Positions 1 to 11,216 are shown, counted from the first letter of the stretch. The stretch is 64,000 nucleotides of DNA from Octopus sinensis (GCF_006345805.1 NC_043024.1:8370001-8434000), one strand, 5' to 3'. Made by a program: numbers and translations. The notes: a model not told the origin generated them from the sequence alone.

Positions 1-47
1 GGATGAATAAATATTATATTTGACAGAATAATCTGAATGCTAAAGGG
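1..47. mobile_element. Right end of piggyBac-type MITE (partial, runs off window)
   Basis: Ends ...AATGCTAAAGGG followed by TTAA (48-51), same terminus as the complete copy at 49289-49508. Confidence 0.6.
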
Positions 48-940
48 TTAAATTGGGGTCTGGTTTTTGTTTAGTCTATGTCTACCATGATCAAAGGTGT
101 TTCATCCTTGACCATCCGTCAAATGTATTTTGCTTGGGATTAACTATTTTATCCACTGTATCTTATATTTTTAAAGTGGTATGGTGTGATTTGAAAGAGA
201 TTTGACTGCTGTTTCTAGCAGGTCAACTACGTAGAAAGGCATGGGCAACCTTTCTGGATAAGTGGGCCACACAGACCATGGTTCATCATCAGGAGGGTTG
301 CACTAGTAAAAAAAGAAGATTCCAGGTCATTTTCCAATAGACATGTCATTCAGAAAGTTCCATGGGCTGCCAGTTGTCCATGACTGACGTGGAAGCACCT
401 TGCATTTGTGTTTGTACCAGGGACAGAACAGTTCTCACTCTCTTCCTCCTGCTCCACCACTGTCATCACCTAGTCCTGAGAGAACCTCTATGTGGTAGCT
501 CAACCTGCTATAAATAGCAACAAAATCTCTTTTGAATCACAACCCATACTCTTACATTCAAAGAAGAACATTGATGTAGTCCAAGTTATCTCTAAGAAAA
601 ATAGAAAAAAAGGCAGGGTGGCCACTGCTGAATGTCTTTGATCATAGGTCAGTTCTTAAGGAGCAGAATAATGATCAATACAGTTCCAGCGATAACCATT
701 CCTTTTAGAATACCAGGAATTACATTTTATGAAGCATCCCTTCTTTTTCTGAAATTACAAGAGTGTGATGTAATTTGAGAGGTATTTGGCTGCTATTTCT
801 AGCAGGCTGAATGACCACTAAGAGAGATAATTGATGTGGCTTCTAGTGTTAAGTTCAATCTTTGTTACAGAAAAGGGCAGTGGTCTGTGATTGACCAGTG
901 TCTTGTCTAATATAATCCATATTTTTGTTGAAATATTCAA

Positions 941-1337
941 GACGCAGGAGTGGATGTGTGGTAAGTAGCTTGCTTACGAACCACATGGTTCCGGGTTCAG
1001 TCCCACTGCGTGGCATCTTGGGCAAGTATTTTCTACTATAGCCTCAGGCTGACCAAAGCCTTGTGAGTGGATTTGGTAGACAGAAACTGAAAGAAGCCTA
1101 TTGTATATATGTATGTGTGTGTATATGTTTGTGTGTCTGTGTTTGTCACCCCAACATTGCTTGACAACCGATGCTGGTGTGTTTATGTCCCCGTAACTTA
1201 ACGGTCCGGCAAAAGTGACCGATAAAATAAGTACTAGGCTTACAAAGAATAAGTCCTGGAGTCAATTTACTCGACTAAAGGCGGTGCTCCAGCATGGCCA
1301 CAGTCAAATGACTGAAACAAGTAAAAGGGTAAAGAGA
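941..1337 (+). mobile_element. tRNA-derived SINE family A, full-length (~390 bp)
   Basis: Head with A-box-like TGGATGTGTGG and B-box-like GGTTCAGTCC, CORE-like CTTGGGCAAGT block, internal (TA)/(TG) tract, 3' GTAAAAG tail; more than 25 further copies or fragments in the window. Confidence 0.9.
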
Positions 1338-1918
1338 GACTTTGAGTTAATTTTGGAAATTATGAAGAATTTCTTAAAATAAGTTTGTCATTTTTAAGCT
1401 GGTGTTTGGAACATAGGCATGGCTATATGGTAAGAAGTTTGCTTCCCAACCACATGGTTCTGGGTTCAGTCCTACTGTATGGCACTTTGGGCAAATATCT
1501 TCTATAATACCCTCATGCCTTGTGATTGGATTTGGTAGATGGAAATTGAAAGAAGCCTTTTCTGTGTATGTGTATATATGGAGGCACACCCATGACAATT
1601 TCCATTGAAACTGTGCAGTCCTGTGTTCTTGCTTCACTCATGGGGCAGTTATCTACCCTGTCATTATATATAAGTGTGCTTTTTCATAGCTATAAGTGGT
1701 TTATCTGTTATTTCTAGCAATATATATATACTTGTAGCATATACTATCACAATTAGTGACAACTAAATTTTGCCTATACAATTTATATTGTGCCCAGCTG
1801 CCCCAGATGAAATACCGGTAAGTATTTCGCCTGGCGTGCTCACATTTCTGCCAACCACAGTACCTTTTCGCATTTGGTCCTCAAGCAACAAGTGACCATT
1901 CCTACCCTGTGACCATTC

Positions 1919-2063
1919 ACACACTCTCCTACCCTGATGTAATCTCCAGGGATACAGGCATCCAGCTACCGGACCTCCGTAATGCTATGATGGACCGTGA
2001 AGTCTGGCGTAGCATGGTAAATTCCATTGTCTCGACCACGGTTGAACAATGATGATGATGATG
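1919..2063 (+). mobile_element. 5'-truncated RTE-clade LINE 3' end
   Basis: Frame from 1921 reads TLSYPDVISRDTGIQLPDLRNAMMDREVWRSMVNSIVSTTVEQ*, matching the RTE ORF2 C-terminal pattern (DTG...AMxDRxxWR), followed directly by a (GAT)n tail. Confidence 0.8.
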
Positions 2064-2402
2064 ACCGTTCCTAAAGCATGAAAACCACTCATAAGCTTGT
2101 GTTTTGCTCAGGGCAGTGTCCTTGTAAGCTCTTTGAAGCATGACAAATGTTTCAGCAGCAGAAAACCGAATTTCATGGAAGATTGCTGTTCCTTTGTTTC
2201 AGCCCCCTTCAAAAATCGATGAACAGGGGAGAAGCACTGCAAAACAATGACGTACCACATGACAGTATCACTACATGCAACGATGCCAGTTGGCAGACTG
2301 ATGCCTGAGGGTTGCATCAAGTGGCTTCTAGTGGTGGAAGTCTGAAATACAACTGGCTTGCCCCACAGAGAACATTGCCGATTACTTTTCAGTACCCCCT
2401 CG
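2064..2402 (-). mobile_element. mariner transposon 5' remnant (transposase N-terminus, degenerate)
   Basis: Minus strand begins TA|CGAGGGGGTACTGAAAAGT (mariner-type TIR); frameshifted peptides EQQSSMKFGFLL and MLQRAYKDTALSKTQAYEWFSCFRNG match the mariner HTH N-terminus; truncated where the RTE tail begins. Confidence 0.8.
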
Positions 2403-2501
2403 TATGTTCCAATTTTGGTGTGGTTTCTGCACTTAGATGGCCTTCCTGTTGTGAACTACTTTCTTGTGTATACATGTCATATTGTGTATAATGTGGGTGT
2501 C

Positions 2502-2735
2502 ATCATCATCATCTTCGTTTAGCATCCGCTTTCCATGCTAGCATGGGTTGGACGGTTCAACTGGGGTCTGGGAAGCCAGGAGGCTGCACCAGGCCCAGTC
2601 TGATCTGGCAGTGTTTCTACGGCTGGATGCCCTTCCTAACGCCAACCACTCTGTGAGTGTAGTGGGTGCTTTTTACGTGCCAGACGAGGCTGGCAAACGG
2701 CCACGATCGGACGGTGCTTTTTACGTGCCACAGGG
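2502..2735 (-). mobile_element. Family R repeat (RTE-type 3' tail)
   Basis: On minus strand ...GGCGTTAGGAAGGGCATCCAGC...CCCATGCTAGCATGGAAAGCGGA...(GAT)n; about 27 copies in the window with variable 5' truncation. Confidence 0.85.
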
Positions 2736-3001
2736 ATAATATTATCCAGGTGTATACTTTGGTAGTTCTCAGGTATATTCCAGATTACAGCAAACTGCAT
2801 CAAGTAGTACTAAGCACCACTGATCACTAAGTATTAGCATCCTTGCTGTAATTCTTCTGATAGAAAACCCAGAGTTTGCTTCCCTGGATTAATAATATTA
2901 TCAAGTGTATGTTTCGTTTTTGGATTTGGTTTGCAAGATTCTTCATATGAGTTCATGTTTTGAAACATACTCTGTTGTGTCTGGAGAGAGTTATCTTCTT
3001 C

Positions 3002-3108
3002 TTGTGCCTTATAATGTAACACACTCACCGGTAAAATTTCCACAAGGAAATAAAAATAAGAAATAAGTATAAATTTTACCGGTGAGTGTGTTACATTATA
3101 AGGCACAA
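3002..3108. repeat. Perfect 38-bp inverted repeat with 31-nt spacer
   Basis: 3002-3039 is the exact reverse complement of 3071-3108; imperfect pairing extends to about 2940-3180. Confidence 0.95.
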
Positions 3109-3240
3109 AAAGACAATGGCTCTCCCGACACAACAGAATTAAGTGTATGGATTTCGAACAATCAAAGAATATGGAGACAGGTACATCAAAGTTTTTTCTT
3201 TTAATTTTGTGGTTGGTCATACACAATAATTATCTGGTTA

Positions 3241-3711
3241 TATTATTATGGCTGCCCCCTCGTTATCGAGTATGGCCATTGCACGAAGCTTAACTGTTAC
3301 TGGTACTGTGATCGAATGTGACTTCTTAGCCAAGCCAAAGATCTACAATGTCTTGTACAGAATTGGCAACTAAAACCTTTACCGCCAATAGCCGGCTGTA
3401 GTTGTAACTGGGCTTCATGTACCTTTGCATGTCGTTTAAGTCCTCCTGCTGAATTACACTCTCTTCCACATGCCCGACAGATATGATTAGTATGGTGTGT
3501 TACACCACCACCAGTGGCAAGGTTGTCACTCGTCTGTCTCGCTTTATGACTACGAAGATGAGTCTTGAGTCCAGCTTTACTGAGGCAGGGTCTTGCACAA
3601 ACATTGCATGTCAGCATCATAGGAAGACCCTTCCCTTCTGGAAGTGTAACAGCGATGCCCTTCCTGACATCCCTCCTTACTTTCTCATGTGCAACTCGAG
3701 ATTTCTCATAC
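3241..3711 (-). mobile_element. RTE-clade LINE 3' end encoding three C2H2-type fingers
   Basis: YEKSRVAHEKVRRDVRKG...CNVCARPCLSKAGLKTHLRSH...CRACGRECNSAGGLKRHAKVH...CQFCTRHCRSLAWLRSHIRSQ*, then a short 3' UTR with CTCGATAACGAG hairpin, GGCAGCC and an (ATA)n tail typical of RTE ends. The 5' side is lost in a (TACA)n tract. Confidence 0.8.
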
Positions 3712-4003
3712 ATGCATGCATACATACATACATACATGCATACATACATACATACATTTATACATACACATACATACATACATACATGCATGCATGCATA
3801 CATACATACACACATACATACATACATGCATGCATACATACATGCATACATACATACGTACATACATGCATACATGCATACATGCATACATACATACATA
3901 CATACATACATACATACATACATACATTTATACATACACATACGTACATACGTATATACATATATACATACATACATGCATACATACATACATACATACA
4001 TAT
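3712..4003. repeat. (TACA/TGCA)n microsatellite
   Basis: Direct inspection; source of several spurious YIHT/MYVC ORFs. Confidence 0.95.
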
Positions 4004-4004
4004 A

Positions 4005-4177
4005 CAAGGTGGTGCTGAAAAGTTCATAGCTTTAAGGGTATCATGAAGGGCCTTGTTGGATGCCCAACTTTCCAAGTTCTTTTGCAGGGTTTTGAAAAAC
4101 TGAAGGACTGCTACAACAAGTGTGTGAATCTGAGAGGGGAATATGTTGAATAAAATCATAATTAACTGATCCTCTCG
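4005..4177 (+). mobile_element. Internally deleted mariner remnant
   Basis: TA|CAAGGTGGTGCTGAAAAGTT terminus; encodes a transposase C-terminus-like ...KLKDCYNKCVNLRGEYVE*; ends CTCG|TA. Confidence 0.65.
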
Positions 4178-4334
4178 TATATATACATACACCTGCACGT
4201 TTATATATACATGTATAATGCCAGCTGCTTTTTTCTTATTCTGGATAATGTTATCAAACTTATTGTTATCAGAATTAGTGGGTCCCTGACATAGCCTGGA
4301 TATCATTATAGTGTAATGTTATCAGCTTGTCATT

Positions 4335-4720
4335 CATCATCATCATCATACGTCCGTTTTCCATGCTAGCATGGGTTGGGCGGTTCAACTGGGGTCTGGG
4401 AAGCCAGAAGGCTGCACCAGGCCCAGTCTGATCTGGCAGTGTTTCTACAGCTGGATGCCCTTCCTTATGCCAACCACAGTGTAGTGGGTGCTTTTTACGT
4501 GCCACCTGCACAGGTGCCAGACGAGGCTGGCAAACGGCCACGATCGGATGGTGCACTTTACGTGCCACCGGCATGGAGGCCAGTCAGGGCGGCGCTGGCA
4601 ACGGCCACATTTGGATGGTTCTCTTACGTGCCGTCGGCACTAGTATCACAGCTACAATTTCCATTGATGTTGATTGATTTCGATTTTGATTTTCATTTTC
4701 ACTTGCCCCAACAGGTCTTC
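4335..4720 (-). mobile_element. Family R, long copy with internal ~57-bp repeats
   Basis: Same tail as other R copies plus upstream GTGCC...CACGTAAAAAGCACC repeats and a CAACATCAATGGAAATTG block. Confidence 0.85.
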
Positions 4721-5117
4721 AAAAGTAGGGTTTGTGTCACATTGAAAATCTCTTTCTCAGCATGATCACAATAAGTGGCTTCCACTCTCTGCATAGATGT
4801 GTGTACATGGTATCTGTGTACCTGGGTGTGATTGTATTTCCATGGCCTTGCATGTTCTTGTCTTCACTTGTGTTTGCTGATTGTAAACCGTGACTCCTGG
4901 GAGGGTTACTTGCTTGCAGTCCACTGTGAAAGCAATGTCCAGGCTTTTTGACACGTATGGTGTTTGTAAATAATGTTTGTTTGTGATAGACTGGGTTGGC
5001 AAGAGGAAAGGCATCTGGCAATGGAAAACTCTTCCTCAACGTCCTCTCATCTGACTGATGCAAGTGTGTGTATAAGAAGAGGTGTTTATGAATGTTTGTG
5101 TGTGTGAGAATGTGTTC

Positions 5118-5330
5118 ATATCATCATCATCATCATCGTTTAACGTCCGTTTTCCATGCTAGCATGGGTTGGACGGTTCAACTGGGGTCTGGGAAGCCAG
5201 GAGGCTGTGCCAGGCCCAGTCTGATCTGGCAGTGTTTCTACAGCTGGATGCCCTTCCTAACGCCAACCACTCCGTGAGTGTAGTGGGTGCTTTTTACGTG
5301 CCACCGGCACAGGTGCCAGATGAGGCTGGC
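5118..5330 (-). mobile_element. Family R copy
   Basis: (CAT)n then GTCCGTTTTCCATGCTAGCATGGG...; the 5' end abuts (TA)n. Confidence 0.85.
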
Positions 5331-5375
5331 AATATATATATATATATAAATACATTCTCACACACACAAGCATAT

Positions 5376-5742
5376 ATTCTTTTACCTGTTTCAGTCATTT
5401 GATTGTAGCCATGCTGGAGCACCGCCTTAAAGGGTTTTAGTAATCGAAGAAATCAACTCTGGGACTTATTCTTTGTAAGTCCAGTACTTATTCTATTGGT
5501 CACTTTAGCTGAACCAATAAGTTATGGGGACATAAACACACCAGCATCAGTTGTGAAGTGATGGTGGGGGGACAGACAGACAGACACACATATATATATA
5601 TACATACCAAATCCACTTGCAAGGCTTTGGTCAGTCCAAAGCTATAGTAGAAGACACTTGCTCAAGGTGCCATGCAGCAGAACTGAACCTGGAACCATGT
5701 GGCCGAGAAACAAGCTTCTTACATCACAGCCATGCCTGCGCC
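5376..5742 (-). mobile_element. SINE family A
   Basis: Reverse complement of the family A body; head ends ...CATGCCTGCGCC. Confidence 0.85.
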
Positions 5743-5758
5743 TAATGATATATATGTA

Positions 5759-6546
5759 CACACATTTTTTTTTCTCTCGTTTCTTTTCTGTGTCCCTTTC
5801 TGTAGAAGAGCGTAGGCTCGAAACGTAAAAGACTTTTTCTATTTCTATTCCTGAGCGCTATACTAATACATTTGTTTGTTTGTACTCCACCTGCCTTCGT
5901 CTTTTGTTTATTTTCATAAACCTTCCGTTATATATATGATAGATTGTTAGCCACTACACACTTTTTTTTCTCTCCTCTCTTTTTCCTTTCTGTTTTTTCT
6001 GTGTCCCCTTCTGTAGAAGCGTAGGCTCGAAACGTAAAAGACTTTTCTATTTCTATCCTGAGCGCTATACTAATACATTTGTTGTTGTACTCCACCTGCC
6101 TTCGTCTTTTGTTTTTTTCATAAACCTTCCCGTTATATATATGTAGATTGTTAGCCACTACACACATTTTTTTCTCTCCTTGTTTCTCTCTCTTGTTTTT
6201 CTGTGTCCCCTTCTGTAGAAGAGCGTAGGCTCGAAACGTAAAAGACTTTTTCTATTTCTATTCCTGAGCGCTATACTAATACATTTGTTTGTTTGTACTC
6301 CACCTGCCTTCGTCTTTTGTTTATTTTCATAAACCTTCCCGTTATATATATGATAGATTGTTAGCCACTACACACATTTTTTTCTCTCCTTGTTTCTCTC
6401 CTTGTTTTTTCTGTGTCCCCTTCTGTAGAAGAGCGTAGGCTCGAAACATAAAAGACTTTTTCTATTCCTGAGCGTTTTACTAATACATCTGCTTGTTTTG
6501 TACACCACCTGTCTTCGTCTTTTGTTTTTTTCGTAAACCCTCCCTA
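5759..6546 (+). repeat. Tandem array of ~205-bp units, each with a minimal hammerhead-like motif (retrozyme/Penelope-LTR-like)
   Basis: Motif CTTT-CTGTAGA-A-GAGC(GTAG)GCTC-GAAA-CG-TA-AAAG recurs with cores at 5800, 6011, 6213, 6423 (spacing 211, 202, 210); unit 2 lacks 2 nt of stem II and unit 4 has ACAT instead of ACGT. Confidence 0.8.
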
Positions 6547-7573
6547 TATATATATATATATAATGTTTATGAGGGGGTGTTGATAAGTTTGTGTAGGCAT
6601 GTGTACATGTTTGTTCAGATGTATGTGTATATGGATTGGTGTTAACAGCTGTTTGTATATAGATGGGTGTTTGCAAGTATTTGTGTGGGTGCATGTGTAT
6701 ACACACCCATACAAGTACTCGAAAACGCCCACTCACTCTGGGTGGATGTTTATGAGTGCTTGTATGGGTGGATGCTTACTAACATTTGTGTGGGTATACA
6801 TCTTCCATATATATATCTTTCACTTGTTTCAGTCTTTGGACTGTGGCCATGCTGGAGCACCACCATGCCATGTTTAGTCAAACAGCGACCCCAGGACTTA
6901 TTTTTCAGCCTGTTGTTCTATCAGTCTATTTTTGCCCGTCCATTAACATGCTGGGACATAAACAAACCATCAGATGTCAAGTGGTGGTGGAGGACAAAGA
7001 TAAACTCAGACACACACACACACACATATGTACAGACAACAGGCTTCTTTCAGTTTCTGTCTAGCAAACCCACTTTGGTCATTTCAGATCTATAGTGGAG
7101 AACATTTTCCCCAGGTACCACACTGTGGGACTGAACCCAAGACTACATAGCTGGGAAACAGCTTTGTATATATTTGGTAGACAGAAACTGAAAGAAGCCC
7201 ATTGTATATTTATGTGCATGTTTGTCAGTCTGTGTTTGTCCCCCAGCCATCGCTTAACAACCGATGCTGGTGCATTTACGTAGTGGTTCGGCAGGAGACC
7301 GACAGAATAAGTACTAAGCTTACAAAGAATAAATTCTGGGGTCAATTTGTTTCCGCCTACCAAATCCACTCACAAGGCTTTGGTCAGACTGGGGCTATAG
7401 TAGAAGACACTTACCCAAGGTGCCACGCAGTGGGGCTGAACCTGAAGCCATGTGATTGGCCTGCACTTGTATGTATGTATATATTTATGTATATATGTAC
7501 ATATGTATATATTTCTATATATGTATATCTATATATATGTATATACATATATATATATCTATATGTGTGTATA

Positions 7574-8550
7574 CAGGGTGTGTAAGATATTTGAGGACAG
7601 ATTTATGTTGTTTTTGTTTGAGAGAAACCAAATCAACTCTTCTTCTGTTGGATTTTTCAGTTTGTTTAAGAGCCTTTTAGATCTGATGTAATGATTTTCT
7701 TTTGCTTTTTCTGACAAATTGATTTTTCCTCATCGTATAAGTCTTATATGATATCTTCGTTGACAACATTTCTGACTATTCCTTCTGACAGATGGAGATC
7801 TTCTGCAATTGACCTCTCGGACTTTCTGGGATTGTAATCAATGCTTTGTTGAACTTGCTGGAGGAATTCAGGTTTTCTGATGATGATTTCAGAGCATTTA
7901 GAATGCTTTTTATGCTTTGACTAGCAGTATCGCCCGGCGTTGCTCGGGTTTGTAAGGGAAATAACTATAAAGCATTTTTAGAGAGTTATAGCCAAAAAAT
8001 GGAAAAAAAATGATGGTAAATTTTTTTTTAGTTAAAAAGGTCGAGTTGCGTCCGCTAGACAGTCTGTGGTTTGTGTTTCTGATTCTCGACCCCATGTCGA
8101 ATTTATCGATTTTTTTCAGAACTGGGGGAACTTTTCAAAATTTTCGCTGCGTTAGTTTTGAATTATGACATTGGGCTATGTGTGTGTCAAGTTTCATCAG
8201 AATCAGTTGAAAGCCGTGGTCGGGGTGAGGGTACAACCTAACAGACACACAGAAACACACACAGACAAACTGCCGTTTATATATAGAGAAATACTGGTGA
8301 TACATTTCCATCTTCAGTCTCTAGCTCCTTACAAACTTTGTAGATGAAAGATCTGGCAACTTTTAAAAATCAAGATATTTCTAAATCACTATGCTCAGCC
8401 TTTATAACCAAAATAACAGCATGCCTCTTCATTTCTTGAGTAAGTTGAGGGTCTGCTTTTATTATTTTCTGAAACAAAGATTATACAGAGTTAGCAAAAA
8501 TGCAGCAATGACCCCAAAATGGTATGTCCTTAAATACCTTACACACCCTG
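7574..8550 (-). mobile_element. Internally deleted IS630-Tc1-mariner element, transposase remnant (interrupted by Helitron)
   Basis: TA|CAGGGTGTGTAAGATATTTGAGGACA ... TGTCCTTAAATACCTTACACACCCTG|TA TIRs; minus strand reads ...MKRHAVILVIKAEHSDLEIS*FLKVARSFIYKVCKELETEDGNVSPV/SKHKKHSKCSEIIIRKPEFLQQVQQSIDYNPRKSERSIAEDLHLSEGIVRNVVNEDI...KRLLNKLKNPTEEELIWFLS. Confidence 0.85.
7921..8291 (-). mobile_element. Non-autonomous Helitron
   Basis: Minus strand TTTCTCTATATATAAACGGCAG ... CCCGAGCAACGCCGGG hairpin + CTAG; inserted between A and T with no TSD, and removal restores the host transposase frame. Confidence 0.85.
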
Positions 8551-9232
8551 TACATGTATGTATGTATGTATGTATGTCTATATATATGTATGTGTCTGTA
8601 TGCATGTATTTATGTATGTGTGTATGTGTGTGTGTGTGTGCCAATATATATATGTTCGTATTTCGTCTGCCGTTACGTTCTGAGTTCAAATTCCACCGAG
8701 GTTGACTTTACCCTTCATCCTTTCGGGGTCGATAAATTAAGTACCAGTTATGTACTGGAGTCAATATAATCGACTTAATCCGTTTGTCTGTCCTTGTTTG
8801 TCCCCTCTGTGTTTAGCCCCTTGGGGGCAGTAAAGAAATATATATATATATATATATATTATGTGTGTGTGTGTATGAATGTATATTTATATACATATAG
8901 ATATCGAGAGATTTTAGAACTAGCATTTATGCTTGTTGCAAAATTGACTGTGTTCTCGCTTGAAATGTATATATTGCATGCAGAAGCGAGCTGCTATCAT
9001 CTCTAGCAGACGAGGTGTCCAGTACCGAGGAGTGGCAGAAATAGCCGGAAGCCATGACTGGTCTACTGGTTCCGTCGCCTGGAGATGGTAGGGGTTTGTT
9101 CCTCTCCTCGCAATTTTATTGGCTACAGCTGTGCTTGGTTAACCAGCTAGAGATGTTCTCTTGAGGTTATAAAATCGCAGTAGAGTCCGCTGGAACAGAC
9201 AGCCATGTTAAAGTGGCTACGAATATTATATA

Positions 9233-9589
9233 CTAGCAGTATCGCCTGGCGTTGCTCGGGTTTGTTTCGACCTTTTAGAATTGGAATTTTTGAAAAGTAA
9301 AAATTTTGCATTATGTAGCTTGTTATACTCTTTAAGTTAACATTTTTCTGGTTGAAATACACCGAAAAATGGCGACACAGTAGTCAATAAATCATAAAAA
9401 ATAGGGATTTTCATAGAAAAAAAGCACCTTTTTGATGTAAATAATTTTTGGTGTTAACATGGTCCGATTTGAATTTTTTCTTCTACAGAAGGAAGAGCAA
9501 GCCTTCTTCTATCATACTCTCAATTTTGGTCAACTTGTGCCGCAGGGTAGTTGAAGGCTACCAAACCTGCCATACACAGACAACTTCAG

Positions 9590-9600
<11 letters not shown>
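9233..9600 (-). mobile_element. Non-autonomous Helitron (second subfamily)
   Basis: Same 3' hairpin+CTAG terminus (CTAG at 9233-9236) with a different internal sequence; 5' end merges into (TA)n. Confidence 0.75.
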
Positions 9601-9637
<37 letters not shown>

Positions 9638-9803
9638 TTTATTTAAAGCAGCAGAAAATTCAACAAAACCTGTTACTCTGAGTTTCCTGTTGCCGTTCAT
9701 CGGACAGTTTTTGCTAGCAACATTCTAGCAAATACTGTCCGATGAACGGCAACAGGAAACTCAGAGTACCAGGTTTTGTTGAATTTTCTGCTGCTTAAAT
9801 AAA
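9638..9803. repeat. Foldback element (~80-bp arms, 7-nt loop) carrying inverted hammerhead-like motifs
   Basis: 9638-9717 pairs with 9725-9803; each arm contains CTGT-CCGATGA-ACGGCAACAG-GAAACTCAGAGT-A. Confidence 0.8.
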
Positions 9804-9867
9804 TACTCTACCACTGGTATTTGAGTACTCTTTTTTCCATCTTGTTTCACATTTATGTGTTTACTCC

Positions 9868-9907
<40 letters not shown>

Positions 9908-10100
9908 ACTATCAATCAAACTATACTATGTTCTACACTTCTGATCACATTGTGCTCCCACGTTTTGTAGCTTTTGAATGAGGCTACCCCACTGTTGGGG
10001 CAAGCAGACCAACCCTTCCCCTTTGAACAGAATACCAATCCCTTGCAAGCATTATCCATTTACAGCTGTGTGGATTTGAGCAACATGAAGTGAAGTATTT

Positions 10101-10513
10101 GGGATGTTTTCGGTTTGAACGGCAGTTTTTTCTAGCGGTGTCATATGAAATTGTCACCCATAATTATGACCCTAGTATCGATCTATTGCATTTCAATCTG
10201 TTTTAGGGTCAAGGGTGGTGGGAAGGGTATCTTTTTTTCTTCACAAATGTAAATAAACCCAATCTGTTTCTTAAACGAGGGACATATTCATACGGCACAG
10301 AATGTTTTTTACCTCACTAGACGTAATTGATTGGTTGAAATTGCAGAAATTGAAGAAAAAAACCCACAAATATCTTACAAACTATAGAATTTTCTCAATA
10401 AAGCCAAGAGAAAAAGATGTTTTATAAACACATTCTACCAGTATACGAAGTTTTAAAGTGTTTACTTACGTGGAAATTATTAAAAAAACTGCTGGTCAAA
10501 CCGAAAAGATCCT
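10101..10513. mobile_element. MITE with ~30-bp TIRs (superfamily unassigned)
   Basis: GGGATGTTTTCGGTTTGAACGGCAGTTTTTT ... AAAAAAACTGCTGGTCAAACCGAAAAGATCCT; a second, partial copy lies at 52438-52650. Confidence 0.75.
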
Positions 10514-10836
10514 CAAAGGGTAGTAGTCTTGGATTTTTTCGGAAAAAAGAAAAGAAAATTAAAGAAATGCATTTTTTGTTCAAAATAATAAAAATTAAAG
10601 AATTACGGATAAGTAGTCGGACCAAAAAGTACTTTTATCTCATTTTGTACTTTTTTTTAAAGTACGCGTGCATCTAGGTCAAGTGACCAAATGCCTTGCA
10701 ATTAGAGCGGTTCTCAACTATCTTTTTATTACGGGCCCCTTTGATCCCTATTTTACATTACTGGACCTCCATTGTCATTCAGTGTGTGTGTGTGTGTATA
10801 TATATAATATATAAACTTATTCTATTTTCATTATTA

Positions 10837-11216
10837 GGCACAGGAGTGGCTGTGTAGTAAGTAGCTTGCTTACCAACCCCATTGTTCTGGGTTCAGTCCC
10901 ACTGTGTGGCACCTTGGGCAAGTGTCTTCTACTATAGCCTCGGGCCGACCAAAATCTTGTGAGTGGATTTGGTAGACGGAAACTGAAGGAAGCCCGTTGT
11001 ATATATGTATATATATGTGTGTGAGTTTGTTCCCCTAACATCGTTTGATAACTGATGCTGGTGTGTTTACGTCCCTGTAACCTAGCGGTTCGGCAAAAGA
11101 GACCGATAGAATAAGTACTAGGCTTGCAAAGAATAAGTCCTGGGGTCGATTTGCTCGACTAATGGCGGTGCTCCAGCATGGCCACAGTCACATGACTTGA
11201 AACAAGTAAAAGAGTA
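10837..11216 (+). mobile_element. SINE family A
   Basis: Full head-to-tail match to family A. Confidence 0.9.

Noticed and set aside
2745-2920. Minus-strand peptide HTLDNIINPGKQTLGFL resembling CR1/L2 RT C-terminal region
   Set aside because: Too degenerate and frameshifted to call from memory.
3297-4046. Long ORFs of 150-236 aa on both strands
   Set aside because: Mostly translations of the (TACA)n tract; only the RTE zinc-finger part is meaningful.
9004-9035. CAGACGA-GGT...ACC-GAGG, hammerhead-like spacing
   Set aside because: Both core halves are mismatched and there are no stems I/III.
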